Of a stretch of DNA of 52,686 nucleotides, positions 1 through 10,048 are shown piece by piece. The DNA is taken from the NCBI GenBank assembly GCA_041675045.1, contig JBAYUP010000002.1, forward strand, positions 1 through 52,686, in the 5' to 3' direction. The notes under the pieces are model-generated. The model ran no database searches. It worked only from the letters and a program-made list of their open reading frames with translations, and was not told the DNA's origin. The first letter of the stretch is position 1, and each line of letters starts with the position of its first letter. The position numbers were made by a program, and so were the translations under genes. The DNA is from Minisyncoccota bacterium. Lineage in GTDB: Bacteria; Patescibacteriota; Minisyncoccia; Phycocordibacterales; UBA9973.

Positions 1-5
1 GCGCA

Positions 6-35
6 TTGACAAAAAGAGCATTAAAGAGTGATAAT
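6..35 (+). promoter_or_regulatory. Sigma-70-type promoter candidate (TTGACA-N17-TGATAA/GATAAT)
   Basis: TTGACA at 6-11, a 17-nt spacer, then TGATAAT at 29-35. The exact 11-mer TTGACAAAAAG recurs at 3456-3466 (+) and 28069-28079 (-). It lies upstream of the 111/126 ORF. Confidence 0.45.
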
Positions 36-110
36 GCATCCGAAGCCCCCTCTTCCTATCCACTTTGATAGATTATTGCACTACGGGATAGTGTGGTAAT
101 TAAATAAAAT

Positions 111-692
111 TTGAACCTTAAAAACATGACCATGACAAGATCGATTAGAGTACAGTGGCGTCTACCAAACGACATTCACATTGTACACAAACACCTGCCA
201 ACACTCTCCTTAATACATGGAGGCAGATGGAGTCCCCCACAAGTAAAACCAACCAAGATAACAAGAACACGAGACTGTTATTGGATTGAAACGCTTGAAA
301 GTGACTTTCATATTGATTTGAGTAATACGGATACATACTTTACCAAAGAGCTTAAAGTTCTTGTTAAAATATGGGGAAAGCTCAAAACATACCGAGCCCG
401 AAGTAGTGAAGGAAAAGAGCGGTTGAAATATCTCAAAAATGAGTTTGTGGAAGCATTAGCGCTCCGTGCAGGAGAAAATCAATGCTCTCCATCTGAGAGA
501 CATCAACTATTTTTCCTTGCAACATACAAAGTAACACCCACCCACTTTTACTCAATCTACACGAACGAAAATGACACTCTGCTTTTTGTTATTCCTGAAG
601 GATATGACCCAGCAAGCTATTCCCTTGGAAAAATAAAAAGCATAAAAAATCATTGCGTTCCTAATCATCAAAAAGAGTACACGCACATCTAA
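111..692 (+). CDS. Hypothetical protein (193 aa from TTG at 111; first ATG at 126)
   Basis: Long ORF flanked by a promoter-like site and a hairpin terminator, ending in TAA. I recognise no family motif. Confidence 0.5.
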   Translation: MNLKNMTMTRSIRVQWRLPNDIHIVHKHLPTLSLIHGGRWSPPQVKPTKITRTRDCYWIETLESDFHIDLSNTDTYFTKELKVLVKIWGKLKTYRARSSEGKERLKYLKNEFVEALALRAGENQCSPSERHQLFFLATYKVTPTHFYSIYTNENDTLLFVIPEGYDPASYSLGKIKSIKNHCVPNHQKEYTHI

Positions 693-711
693 TACAAATA
701 CTATGTGCAAC

Positions 712-742
712 AAAAAAGGCGCTCCCTCGAGCGCCTTTTTTT
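712..742. terminator. Bidirectional intrinsic terminator between convergent genes
   Basis: A-run, GGCGCTC stem (718-724), GAGCGCC stem (729-735), then a T-run. It sits between the 111-692 ORF (+) and uvrA (-). Confidence 0.7.
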
Positions 743-3347
743 ATTTCTTACGTAATACTTTCTTTAGATACTTTCCTGTATGACTTGCGGGGGTATTTGC
801 AACTTCCTCTGGCGTACCACGTGCCACTATCTTACCACCACCTTTTCCACCCTCGGGCCCAATATCAATGATGTAATCAGCGCATTTAATAATATCCATA
901 TTGTGTTCAATAAGAATCACACTATTGCCTTTATCGACAAGTTTATTGAGGACTTCAAGAAGCTTCGCGACGTCATCATAGTGCAGTCCCACTGTCGGTT
1001 CATCGAGAAGATAAATCGTCTTTTCTAAATGCGGACGATAGAGTTCAGAAGATATTTTTACACGTTGCGCTTCTCCACCAGAGAGTGTCGTTGCTGATTG
1101 ACCGAGTGTGATATACCCGAGACCAACGTCCATAAGTGTTTTCAATCGGTCATAAATCGCTGGAATTTCCTCAAAGAATACAACGGCTTCTTCGATGGTA
1201 AGCTGGAGCACTTCGTACACGTTCTTCTTTTTATATTTAACAGTCAGTGTTTCTTTGTCGAAACGTTTACCATTACATACATCACAAGTCACATAGACAG
1301 TTGGCAGGAAGTGCATTTCAACAGCAATCTCGCCGTTACCCTCACACGCTTCACAGCGACCGCCTTTTACATTGAAAGAGAAACGATTTGATTTCCATCC
1401 ACGCAAACGCGCTTCTTCACTCGACGCAAATAAATCACGTATATGTGTGAATGCTCCTGTATAGGTAGCGATGTTCGAGCGTGGGGTTCTGCCGATTGGA
1501 GATTGATCAATCAAGATCGCGCGAGAAAGATATTCTGTACCAGTAAATGACGCGCAGTTGAAAATCTTTGCTGTACGAAACTTGCGGTCATAGCGACCTT
1601 GCAAATTTTTATGCAAAATCTCATACATAAATGAACTCTTGCCTGAGCCAGACACACCCGTAATCGTAACGAGCTTACCGAGTGGCACTTCAGCATTTAA
1701 GTTGTCGATATTAAATACTTTTCCTCCAACAATTTTGAGTGAACCCTTCTCGCTTGTTCGGCGTTTTTCTGGAATTTCAATTCGTATTTCATTACGCAAA
1801 TACGCAAGTGTGCGTGATTTTGACGGATTTGTTTTTGCAGAAAGAAGAGGGTCGAGATAGTCAGCTACGATTACTTGCCCGCCGTGCACACCTGCCTTCG
1901 GCCCAATATCAACAATATAATCAGACGCGAAGATAGTATCCTCGTCGTGCTCAACAACGATAATCGTGTTACCAAGGTCACGTAAATCTTCGAGAGTTTT
2001 AATCAGGCGTTCGTTGTCGCGCTGATGAAGTCCAATTGTCGGCTCATCGAGCACATAGAGCGCGCCAACGAGACGTGAGCCAAGCTGTGAAGCAAGGCGG
2101 ATACGCTGTGATTCCCCACCAGAAAGTGTATTCGCCTTGCGATCAAGCGACAAATACTCAAGTCCGACATTGAGCAGAAATTGTAATCGGGCCTCGATTT
2201 CCTTTATCACCACTTTGGCAATTTCTTTTTCTTGTTCATTTAATTCAAGCTCGATGAAAAAATCCGCCGCACCAGAGATAGATAAATGAGTAACCGTCAC
2301 GATATTGTGGCGATTCTTACCTTTCCCGAGGAATACATTCAGTGCTTCTGGTCGCAAACGTGCACCCTGACATACGTCACAGGCTTCTGTGCCACCAAAA
2401 TACTTTGTACCGAGACCATTACATTCTGGACATGCACCAGCTGGTGAATTGAATGAGAAAAGACGTGGCTCAACTTCAGGAAATGAGAAACCATCTTTCG
2501 GACAAGCAAATTTTGATGAGAGGAGAAATTCCTCGTCACCGACTTTAATAACAACGAGGCCGTCTGATTCGACAAGTCCACGCTCGATTGCCTCAGCGAG
2601 ACGCATGCGTGCATCATTCGGATTATCCTTGAACTCGTGAACTGCAAATGTATCGACGAGCACATCAATATCGTGCTTTGCCGTTTTCTTCATATCAATT
2701 CGTTCACGAAGATTCTTCATGTCACCATCAAGACGAATTTTCTGAAAACCCTTATTGAGTAAATCGTAGAGCAACTGGTAGTACTCACCTTTTCGTCCAC
2801 GAACGACAGGAGAAAAAATAGTGAGAGGTGTCTCATCCCATTCGACACCGAGAACTTTTTTAGAATCCTTACCTTTCGTCATTTCTTTTTCACGTGCCTT
2901 TATTTTCCCAAGAGCGAAAGCCACGATTTCTTCATTTGAAAGTTTCTTGATTTCATCACCACAAATAGGACAATGTGGTCGCCCAATACGCGCGTAGAGC
3001 ACACGGAGATAGTCATAGATTTCTGTAATAGTTGCAACTGTTGAACGCGGATTATTTGAACGAGATTTCTGGTCGATAGAAATTGCTGGAGAGAGGCCTG
3101 TGATTTCATCAACATCGGGCTTCGGCATTTGATTCAAGAATTGTCGCGCGTACGCAGAGAGTGACTCGACATATCGACGCTGACCTTCAGCAAAGATGGT
3201 ATCAAAGGCAAGGGATGATTTACCTGATCCTGACATGCCAGTAATAACCACCATTTTATTTCGTGGCATTTCAACATTGATATTTTTCAGATTATGGGTG
3301 CGAGCACCTTTAACTATGATTGATTCGTTTTTGTTTATCTTACTCAT
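741..3347 (-). CDS. uvrA: Excinuclease ABC subunit A (UvrA), 868 aa
   Basis: Two ABC ATPase modules with Walker [15 protein letters not shown] and GVSGSGKSS, and signatures LSGGESQR and LSGGEAQR. Zn-module Cys pairs are present ([13 protein letters not shown]...[14 protein letters not shown]...CDVCNG). Confidence 0.97.
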   Translation of the reverse strand: MSKINKNESIIVKGARTHNLKNINVEMPRNKMVVITGMSGSGKSSLAFDTIFAEGQRRYVESLSAYARQFLNQMPKPDVDEITGLSPAISIDQKSRSNNPRSTVATITEIYDYLRVLYARIGRPHCPICGDEIKKLSNEEIVAFALGKIKAREKEMTKGKDSKKVLGVEWDETPLTIFSPVVRGRKGEYYQLLYDLLNKGFQKIRLDGDMKNLRERIDMKKTAKHDIDVLVDTFAVHEFKDNPNDARMRLAEAIERGLVESDGLVVIKVGDEEFLLSSKFACPKDGFSFPEVEPRLFSFNSPAGACPECNGLGTKYFGGTEACDVCQGARLRPEALNVFLGKGKNRHNIVTVTHLSISGAADFFIELELNEQEKEIAKVVIKEIEARLQFLLNVGLEYLSLDRKANTLSGGESQRIRLASQLGSRLVGALYVLDEPTIGLHQRDNERLIKTLEDLRDLGNTIIVVEHDEDTIFASDYIVDIGPKAGVHGGQVIVADYLDPLLSAKTNPSKSRTLAYLRNEIRIEIPEKRRTSEKGSLKIVGGKVFNIDNLNAEVPLGKLVTITGVSGSGKSSFMYEILHKNLQGRYDRKFRTAKIFNCASFTGTEYLSRAILIDQSPIGRTPRSNIATYTGAFTHIRDLFASSEEARLRGWKSNRFSFNVKGGRCEACEGNGEIAVEMHFLPTVYVTCDVCNGKRFDKETLTVKYKKKNVYEVLQLTIEEAVVFFEEIPAIYDRLKTLMDVGLGYITLGQSATTLSGGEAQRVKISSELYRPHLEKTIYLLDEPTVGLHYDDVAKLLEVLNKLVDKGNSVILIEHNMDIIKCADYIIDIGPEGGKGGGKIVARGTPEEVANTPASHTGKYLKKVLRKK

Positions 3348-3455
3348 TTTTATATGGGCTTGCCCCGTTTGAAGTAGGCGTTAAATTCCCGCCGCTTGCT
3401 CTAACGGTGGGTGTATCAATATGTAACTAAACACATAGTAACACAAAACTCATGT

Positions 3456-3484
3456 TTGACAAAAAGGATTTAAAGTAGTAATTT
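3456..3484 (+). promoter_or_regulatory. Promoter candidate TTGACA-N17-TAATTT
   Basis: TTGACAAAAAG at 3456-3466 and TAATTT at 3479-3484, about 80 nt upstream of the 3567 ORF. Confidence 0.4.
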
Positions 3485-3500
3485 TCTTTTAAAGGTTCCG

Positions 3501-3558
3501 TCTTTTATTGGTGACTCTAGGAGAGAAATAATTCTCTTTTATGGCCACCAATAAAAGA
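3501..3558 (+). repeat. Nested inverted repeat (13-bp outer stem, 6-bp inner stem) in the leader of the 3567 ORF
   Basis: TCTTTTATTGGTG (3501-3513) is the exact reverse complement of CACCAATAAAAGA (3546-3558). An inner AGAGAA/TTCTCT stem lies at 3522-3537. The structure ends 8 nt before the ATG. Confidence 0.6.
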
Positions 3559-3566
3559 TAAACGCC

Positions 3567-3917
3567 ATGATACAATTACGACTCAGAAAAAAAATCACCT
3601 CTTTGCAAAAAGATGATGAGATTAAAATAGAAGCCAAACGAAACTTGAAACCTGGCTTCTATAAAGTAAAAATTACATTCTGGAGAGGAAAGCAAAAATT
3701 ACTATCAGAACCACAACAGGTAGCAAGACTGGAAAGGTATTTCAACAACGAACGCATGTTCCTTCCTCGAGTTGTTGCAAAAGTAGCTGAATTAAAATTC
3801 CTCATAGCTACATTAAGTAACACAAAAATAGAAGGAGGTATCTCAGTCAAAGACACAACTACTCCGGATAAAAAAGCATGGAAAGTAGTTTTTGTCTTAA
3901 AAGTAAAAGACATTTAA
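3567..3917 (+). CDS. Hypothetical small basic protein (116 aa)
   Basis: ORF with an upstream promoter-like site and a downstream terminator, ending in TAA. No recognisable motif. Confidence 0.5.
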   Translation: MIQLRLRKKITSLQKDDEIKIEAKRNLKPGFYKVKITFWRGKQKLLSEPQQVARLERYFNNERMFLPRVVAKVAELKFLIATLSNTKIEGGISVKDTTTPDKKAWKVVFVLKVKDI

Positions 3918-3939
3918 AACATTTGTGCACAATCATTCT

Positions 3940-3970
3940 AAAAGTAGCCTCCTGTGGGGCTACTTTTTTA
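3940..3970. terminator. Bidirectional intrinsic terminator
   Basis: AAAAGTAGCC...GGCTACTTTTTT hairpin between the 3567 ORF (+) and uvrB (-). Confidence 0.7.
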
Positions 3971-3980
3971 GTTAGCTATT

Positions 3981-6068
3981 TTACTTTTCTTTGATTAGTT
4001 TGTCAGTTAGTACAATTATCTCGTCTCTTAAAATAGCTGCTGTTTCAAAATCCAACTCTTTCACTGCGCGATTCATTTCTTTTTCTTTCATTTTAATTAT
4101 CTTTTCATAAATCGCATTTTCATATTCAGAATCAGAAAGCATTGCAAGTTTCCCTTTTTTCTTTTCTTTCACGAGCGTTTTCTTGAAAAGTTCAATATCA
4201 ATACCAAGTTCGGCATTCACAGCCTTCTCATGTTTATTCTCAAGTTCTTCGGTAATATCTTTAATTTTTTTCAAAATAGTTTTTGGAGTGATACCGTGTT
4301 CTTTGTTGTACGCTACCTGAATAGCACGGCGACGATTTGTCTCACCTATCGCCCGCTCAAGAGAACCTGTCATCACGTCAGCATATAGCAACACTTTTCC
4401 ATTTACGTTACGTGCAGCACGACCAATCGTTTGAATCAGTGATGTTTCTGAACGAAGAAATCCCTCTTTGTCAGCATCGAGAATTCCAATAAGTGCCACT
4501 TCAGGCAAGTCCAAACCTTCACGAAGTAGGTTCACACCAACAAGCACATCCATCTGCCCTTTTCGGAATGCGGTGAGAATCTGAATACGTTCAATTGTCT
4601 TGATTTCACTATGGAGATACTCTGCTTTGATTCCTTTATCTTTTAAATAAATAGAGAGATCTTCTGCCATCCGCTTTGTGAGTGTTGTCGCGAGCACACG
4701 GTATCCTTTCTTGATTGTCGCTTCGGCTTCAATAATAAAATCTTGCACTTGCCCCTTGTATTCATTTTTTGCGGACACTGGTCGTACGATTATTTCTGGA
4801 TCAATAAGTCCTGTTGGGCGAATAATTTGCTCAACGATTTGTTCGCTGACTTCCCGTTCAAGTTTCGATGGTGTCGCAGACACATATACAACCTGTCCGA
4901 TACGTTTTTCAAATTCAGGGTATTTGAGCGGGCGATTATCTTTTGCACTCGGCAAGCGAAAACCGAATTCAACAAGAGTGCTCTTGCGAGAAGCATCTCC
5001 AGCGTACATTCCATTTAATTGTGGAAGTGTTACGTGGGATTCATCGATAATAGTCAGGAAACCACCTTTTGCTTCAGATGGAAAGTAAGAAAGAAGTGTC
5101 TCTGGGGCTTCGCCTTCTTTTTTACCAGAGAGATGCCTGGAATAGTTTTCAATTCCATTACAGTATCCAATCTCACGAATCATCGCGAGGTCATAATTTG
5201 TTCGACGCTTGATACGTTCGGCTTCGAGAAGTTTACCTTCTTTTTCAAATTTTTTGAGCTGTGTGGCAAGCTCGGCTTTGATATTTTTCACCGCCTTTTC
5301 CACTTGCCCTTTTTCCGTAATAAAGTGCTTTGCAGGAAAAAGGAAAATTCCCTCTTCCTCAGCGAGAACGTGTGATGATACTGGATCAACTTTTGCAATG
5401 CGAGAAATTACTCCACCAGCAAATTCTATTTGATATATAAATGTTTCAGAGATTGGCATTACTTCGACTTTCGGACCAATCGAACGAAATTGTCCGGGAT
5501 TGATATCTGCATTCGTACGCTCAAAATGAACTTCGATGAGTTTCTTCATCAAGGTGATACGGTCAATCTTCATATCTTTCGTTATTTTCAAATTAACCTT
5601 TTCGTATTCTTCTGGACTACCCAAACCATAAATACAAGAAACCGAAGCGACAATAATCACATCTTTTCGGGTAAGAAGTGCTTGTGTTGTCGCATGACGA
5701 AGACGGTCAATCTCTTTATTGATTTGTGCATCCTTTTCTATATACGTATCACTCGCTGGCATATATGCTTCTGGCTGATAGTAGTCGTAATACGAGACGA
5801 AATAATGTACCGCAGCATCAGGGAAAAATTCACGGAATTCTTGGGCAAGCTGAGCAGCGAGTGTTTTGTTGTGGGCAATAACGAGCGTTGGTTTGTTGTG
5901 CTCGGCAATGACATTAGCCATTGTAAATGTCTTTCCTGTACCTGTGGCACCGAGAAGTGTTTGCTTCATCATTCCCTTCTTCAATCCTTTCAGCAACTCC
6001 GAAATCGCCTTCGGCTGATCTCCCGCTGGTTTATATTCACTCTTTAAATTAAATACTTTATTAGACAT
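3981..6068 (-). CDS. uvrB: Excinuclease ABC subunit B (UvrB), 695 aa
   Basis: Helicase motif I GATGTGKT, IIDESHVT (DEAD/DESH box), motif VI QTIGRAARN, and a C-terminal UVR domain (LDFETAAILRDEI). Confidence 0.97.
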   Translation of the reverse strand: MSNKVFNLKSEYKPAGDQPKAISELLKGLKKGMMKQTLLGATGTGKTFTMANVIAEHNKPTLVIAHNKTLAAQLAQEFREFFPDAAVHYFVSYYDYYQPEAYMPASDTYIEKDAQINKEIDRLRHATTQALLTRKDVIIVASVSCIYGLGSPEEYEKVNLKITKDMKIDRITLMKKLIEVHFERTNADINPGQFRSIGPKVEVMPISETFIYQIEFAGGVISRIAKVDPVSSHVLAEEEGIFLFPAKHFITEKGQVEKAVKNIKAELATQLKKFEKEGKLLEAERIKRRTNYDLAMIREIGYCNGIENYSRHLSGKKEGEAPETLLSYFPSEAKGGFLTIIDESHVTLPQLNGMYAGDASRKSTLVEFGFRLPSAKDNRPLKYPEFEKRIGQVVYVSATPSKLEREVSEQIVEQIIRPTGLIDPEIIVRPVSAKNEYKGQVQDFIIEAEATIKKGYRVLATTLTKRMAEDLSIYLKDKGIKAEYLHSEIKTIERIQILTAFRKGQMDVLVGVNLLREGLDLPEVALIGILDADKEGFLRSETSLIQTIGRAARNVNGKVLLYADVMTGSLERAIGETNRRRAIQVAYNKEHGITPKTILKKIKDITEELENKHEKAVNAELGIDIELFKKTLVKEKKKGKLAMLSDSEYENAIYEKIIKMKEKEMNRAVKELDFETAAILRDEIIVLTDKLIKEK

Positions 6069-6100
6069 ATACCTTTGTAGCGTACATTATTTTGGGAAAT

Positions 6101-6128
6101 AAAAAAAGCCGTGATTTTCACCACGGCT
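6101..6128 (-). terminator. Intrinsic terminator downstream of the DUF1653-like gene
   Basis: AGCCGTG/CACGGCT stem. On the minus strand it is followed by a T7 run. Confidence 0.65.
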
Positions 6129-6227
6129 TACAAAATCTTACTTAGTAAGAATAGGACAATAATCCCTTCAGATTTTTATAACAAGCCAAAGAACAAATAA
6201 AAGGCGAACCTCGCAAGGGTAAATTTT

Positions 6228-6563
6228 TCACCTTTGGGAACTAGTATACATTTGATTTTTTATTTCCACAAGTTCGGCAATAATTTTCTCATCAGTAATT
6301 TTTGTAAATCGTGGGAAGGTTTTTCCATCTTTTGCAACCTCCTCCATAAACATCGCAAGTGGTCGAACATCGTAATGCTTCCCTATTTTATATACTCCTG
6401 CACTTTCATAAAGCGGTCGATAGATGACCATCGCACTTTCCTCGAGTCCTTCTATTTCAGTATGATGACCAATACCTACGACTTCATACGCGAAATTATT
6501 TACCGAATCATCAGTATGTTTGTAATGGTAATAAAATGCTCCGATTTCTGGTTGCATATTCAT
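6228..6563 (-). CDS. DUF1653-like small protein (111 aa); the only CDS in the window ending in TGA
   Basis: The pattern YYHYKH...YEVVGIGHHTEIEG..MVIYRPLY...VRPLAMFMEEV...PRFTKI resembles the DUF1653 consensus as I recall it. Confidence 0.6.
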   Translation of the reverse strand: MNMQPEIGAFYYHYKHTDDSVNNFAYEVVGIGHHTEIEGLEESAMVIYRPLYESAGVYKIGKHYDVRPLAMFMEEVAKDGKTFPRFTKITDEKIIAELVEIKNQMYTSSQR

Positions 6564-6567
6564 GAAA

Positions 6568-6930
6568 TTATTTATTTATAATTAATAATTGAATACAGAT
6601 TGAAAGAATTAAAAACGTAACAGACAAAATCTCAAGTAATTTAGAATTAACTCTAATTCTTGTATATCTAAAGACATAATAAATTAAAAAAGAATAATCA
6701 TAATCTAGATTTGGTTGTAATTTTTTTCTGAGGGAAAATTCCCATTTTGTAAGTAGGCAGTAATGAAAGTAAAGTTCAGTAACAAGTGTAATTACCAATA
6801 GTACTTGATATATTAGAATATATGGTTGACTAAAGGACCATCCAAACAAAAGAACACCGACAATTACTACATGAAGAAATGCCACAATATTGGCAAGGAT
6901 ATTAATTTGAAGTTTTTTAATTTTTGACAT
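6568..6930 (-). CDS. Integral membrane protein, DUF2784-like (120 aa)
   Basis: Three to four hydrophobic helices. HYCLLTKWEFSLRKK resembles the CPLTxxExxLR motif of DUF2784. Overlaps the tgt stop by 14 nt. Confidence 0.5.
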   Translation of the reverse strand: MSKIKKLQINILANIVAFLHVVIVGVLLFGWSFSQPYILIYQVLLVITLVTELYFHYCLLTKWEFSLRKKLQPNLDYDYSFLIYYVFRYTRIRVNSKLLEILSVTFLILSICIQLLIINK

Positions 6931-8188
6931 TATATTCTTTTAAAAATTTTTCCTTAAATTCAAAAAATGTTCCGTCTAAAATGCTCGCACGCATATCGGC
7001 AACGAGTTTGTTTATAAAATAAATATTGTGAATTGTTGCCAGTGTTCCTGCTTCCATTTCTTTGGCACGGAAAAGATGCGAGAGATATGCACGGGTATAG
7101 TTGATACAACTATAACATTCACATCCTTCATCAATAGAAGTAAAATCATTCACAAATTGCGCATTTAAAAGATTTATTTTTCCTTTTTTAGTAAATAATG
7201 TTCCATTACGAGCAATACGTGTCGGTCCAACGCAGTCAAACAAATCAACACCATTCTCAACTCCCATAAATAAATCTTCTGGTTCACCGATACCGAGGAG
7301 ATGGCGAGGTTTGTCTTCAGGTAATACTTCATTTACCCATTTCACTGCGGTGCTCATATCTTCTTTGGCAAATGAACCGCCAATACCGAAACCATCAAAT
7401 CCCGTGCGAAGCGACGGCAATGTACCATTACCTGCTTCTAACGGGACAGGTCCATCTACGGTCATATCTCTTAAAATTTGTGCGGACTTCTTGCGTAATT
7501 CTTCGCTTCGTCCACCTTGAACAATGCCAAATAAAGCAATTTGCTTTTGGTTATCAGCCTTTAACTTTTGATGATGCTCAAGCGAACGCTTGGCCCATGC
7601 ATGTGTTCGATCAAGTGCTTCACGTTGGTATCGGTCATCTTCTTGTGGTGAGGTACATTCATCAAATGCAAAAATAATATCTGCACCAAGATTATGCTGA
7701 ATCTCGATTGATTTCTCGGGAGTAATATAATGAAGTGAACCATCAAGATGAGACTTAAATGATACGCCATCATTCCCTATTTTTGCGAGAGGGTCTTCAC
7801 CGCTTGATGAACGTTCAGGAATAAGAAAATTTGGATCAGTAATAGAAACAACTTTTGAGATATCTTTTCCGTATGCGGCACCAAGTGAGAAGACTTGAAA
7901 ACCTCCCGAATCAGTCATTGTGGGGCCTGACCACTTCATAAAATCACCAAGACCACCTGCGTCACGAATAATTTCATCTCCTGGCTGTAGATAGAGATGG
8001 TATGTATTAGCGAGTACGACTTGTGTCCCTGCCTCACGCACCTGCTCAGGAGTAAGTGCTTTAACGCTTGCTTTTGTGCCGACCACAACAAACGATGGAG
8101 TATGAATCACCCCATGCGAAGTCTCAAGTGTTCCCGCACGACCAAGGGCGCCGTCGAGCTTTTTTTCGATTGTAAAACGTATAGACAT
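6917..8188 (-). CDS. tgt: Queuine tRNA-ribosyltransferase (tRNA-guanine transglycosylase), 423 aa
   Basis: Motifs GGFQVFSLG, FAFDECT and LFGIVQGG, plus the Zn site CECYSC...H (CxCxxC-H). Confidence 0.93.
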   Translation of the reverse strand: MSIRFTIEKKLDGALGRAGTLETSHGVIHTPSFVVVGTKASVKALTPEQVREAGTQVVLANTYHLYLQPGDEIIRDAGGLGDFMKWSGPTMTDSGGFQVFSLGAAYGKDISKVVSITDPNFLIPERSSSGEDPLAKIGNDGVSFKSHLDGSLHYITPEKSIEIQHNLGADIIFAFDECTSPQEDDRYQREALDRTHAWAKRSLEHHQKLKADNQKQIALFGIVQGGRSEELRKKSAQILRDMTVDGPVPLEAGNGTLPSLRTGFDGFGIGGSFAKEDMSTAVKWVNEVLPEDKPRHLLGIGEPEDLFMGVENGVDLFDCVGPTRIARNGTLFTKKGKINLLNAQFVNDFTSIDEGCECYSCINYTRAYLSHLFRAKEMEAGTLATIHNIYFINKLVADMRASILDGTFFEFKEKFLKEYNVKN

Positions 8189-8211
8189 TTCAGTTTAATT
8201 TTATAGATAAC

Positions 8212-9006
8212 TTACTTTTTAACTTGAAGCCATTTAACACTCTGAATATTTACTGGGGAACGAAGTAACACTTTTTTGAGCGGGTCAGTCGGAGAAGAAA
8301 TAATATCTTCTACAACAGCAATAACATGCGATGATAAACCTGGGAACACTACATGAGCACCCTTATCAGAAACTAAATCAATTGGAATACTCATTTCAAA
8401 ATTTCCACCACCACGACCGAGAAGCGAGACGGTTGCATTCGAACCGTCGAGTATTGCCTCTGTCGTCTGACCTGGATTTGAATACAATGTCACAAGAGAC
8501 GTTGTGTCATACACCTTACTAATGACTCCGACAGGAATTTCACCATATACAAAAACTTTTTCACCTTCTTTAACACCAACATTCATACCAGCGTCAATAA
8601 TAACAGTATCGTACGGAGATTGATTTGGCTTTGCGAGAATTGCCGTGAGAATAAACGAGCTATTTTCAGGTAGCCGACCGAGAAGTTCCTTGAGTTCTGT
8701 GTTCTCTCGAACAACAAGCTCATGGTCAATCATTTTTATTTTTAAATCAGTATTTTCTGTAATTAAATTTTGATTCTCTCGAAAGACACTTACTTTTGTG
8801 CGAACAAGATGAAGTGAGTCCGTGGTAACCTCAGTAATACCATTACGTGCTTTCCAAAGAGGAATTCCAAGCTGATGAAAAAAACCACCCGACCACAACA
8901 CGAACCCCGAAATAAATATCACAATAAAAACACTCGCCCACACCGTGGTACGAATAATTCGTCTACGACGAAGAACTGATTTTTTATCGCGGAACTGAGA
9001 TATCAT
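8212..9006 (-). CDS. mreC: Rod shape-determining protein MreC (264 aa)
   Basis: N-terminal TM helix, a coiled segment, then a beta-rich domain. It lies immediately downstream of mreB and overlaps it. Confidence 0.8.
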   Translation of the reverse strand: MISQFRDKKSVLRRRRIIRTTVWASVFIVIFISGFVLWSGGFFHQLGIPLWKARNGITEVTTDSLHLVRTKVSVFRENQNLITENTDLKIKMIDHELVVRENTELKELLGRLPENSSFILTAILAKPNQSPYDTVIIDAGMNVGVKEGEKVFVYGEIPVGVISKVYDTTSLVTLYSNPGQTTEAILDGSNATVSLLGRGGGNFEMSIPIDLVSDKGAHVVFPGLSSHVIAVVEDIISSPTDPLKKVLLRSPVNIQSVKWLQVKK

Positions 9007-10030
9007 CGGTGTGTACTAATACTTCCTCATAATTATCAAAATCATCAAGAATCACACCTGTGCCACGCGCGACGGCAGTAAGTGGATCCTCCGCAACATA
9101 AATAGGAATTTTAATCGCACTTTGTATAAGCGTATCAAGCCCACGAAGAAGTGCCCCGCCTCCAGTAATAATAAGTCCGCGATGAATAATATCTGAAAGG
9201 AGCTCAGGTGGTGTCGTTTCAAGTACTTCTTTGATTCCATCAACAAGAGAAATAATAGATGGCATAATTGCTTCACGAATATCAGAATCAGTTACAATCA
9301 CCTGTCGAGGAAGTCCTGTCACCATGTCACGACCCCTGACTTCAGCTTCCATTGGAACACCTTCAGCGACAGAGCCAATGGCGATTTTCACGTTCTCGGC
9401 TGTCTTCTCACCAATGAGTAATTTAAATTCATCTTTCATGTAATTCATGATGTCAGTATTCAAAACATCACCAGCAATTTTTAAATTCTTTGAACGGACA
9501 ACTCCAGAAAGTGAGATCACAGCAACGTCGGTTGTACCTCCGCCAATATCGACAATGACAGTACCAACTGCTTCTTTGACAGGAAGACGAATACCTACAG
9601 CAGCAGCCATTGGCTCCTCTACAATATGCACCTCGCGTGCACCCGCAGAACGAGCAGCATCTTCAACTGCACGAATTTCCACATTTGTAATACCTGTCGG
9701 CACGCCGACAAGAACACGAGGGCGAATAAATTTCTTCGACATTTTTTCTGCCTTACTGATCAGGTATGCAAGCATTTCTTCTGTCACTTCAAAATCAGAA
9801 ATAACACCATCAACAATCGGGCGGACAGCACGCACATGTCCCGGAGTACGACCAAGCATCATCTTGGCAGTTGCACCGACTGCAACAATTTGTCCTGTTT
9901 TTTGATTTACTACTACAACTGATGGCTCATTGATAACTATACCGTGACCCTTCAAATACACGAGCGTATTCGCTGTGCCAAGGTCGATACCGATATCATT
10001 TGAGAACATGCTGTAGAGTTTTTTAAACAT
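8984..10030 (-). CDS. mreB: Rod shape-determining actin homologue MreB (348 aa)
   Basis: Actin-fold phosphate and adenosine motifs: IGIDLGTANT, VIVDIGGGTTDVAV, ITGGGALLRGLD. Confidence 0.96.
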   Translation of the reverse strand: MFKKLYSMFSNDIGIDLGTANTLVYLKGHGIVINEPSVVVVNQKTGQIVAVGATAKMMLGRTPGHVRAVRPIVDGVISDFEVTEEMLAYLISKAEKMSKKFIRPRVLVGVPTGITNVEIRAVEDAARSAGAREVHIVEEPMAAAVGIRLPVKEAVGTVIVDIGGGTTDVAVISLSGVVRSKNLKIAGDVLNTDIMNYMKDEFKLLIGEKTAENVKIAIGSVAEGVPMEAEVRGRDMVTGLPRQVIVTDSDIREAIMPSIISLVDGIKEVLETTPPELLSDIIHRGLIITGGGALLRGLDTLIQSAIKIPIYVAEDPLTAVARGTGVILDDFDNYEEVLVHTDDISVPR

Positions 10031-10048
10031 AAAGGTAGCTTCTAGTGC

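Noticed and set aside
6131-6227. Read-through extension of the DUF1653-like ORF past its TGA
   Set aside because: The extension is a hydrophobic 19-residue stretch, then another TGA, then 9 codons. It does not resemble DUF1653, whose members are short soluble proteins. TGA as a genuine stop is the simpler reading.
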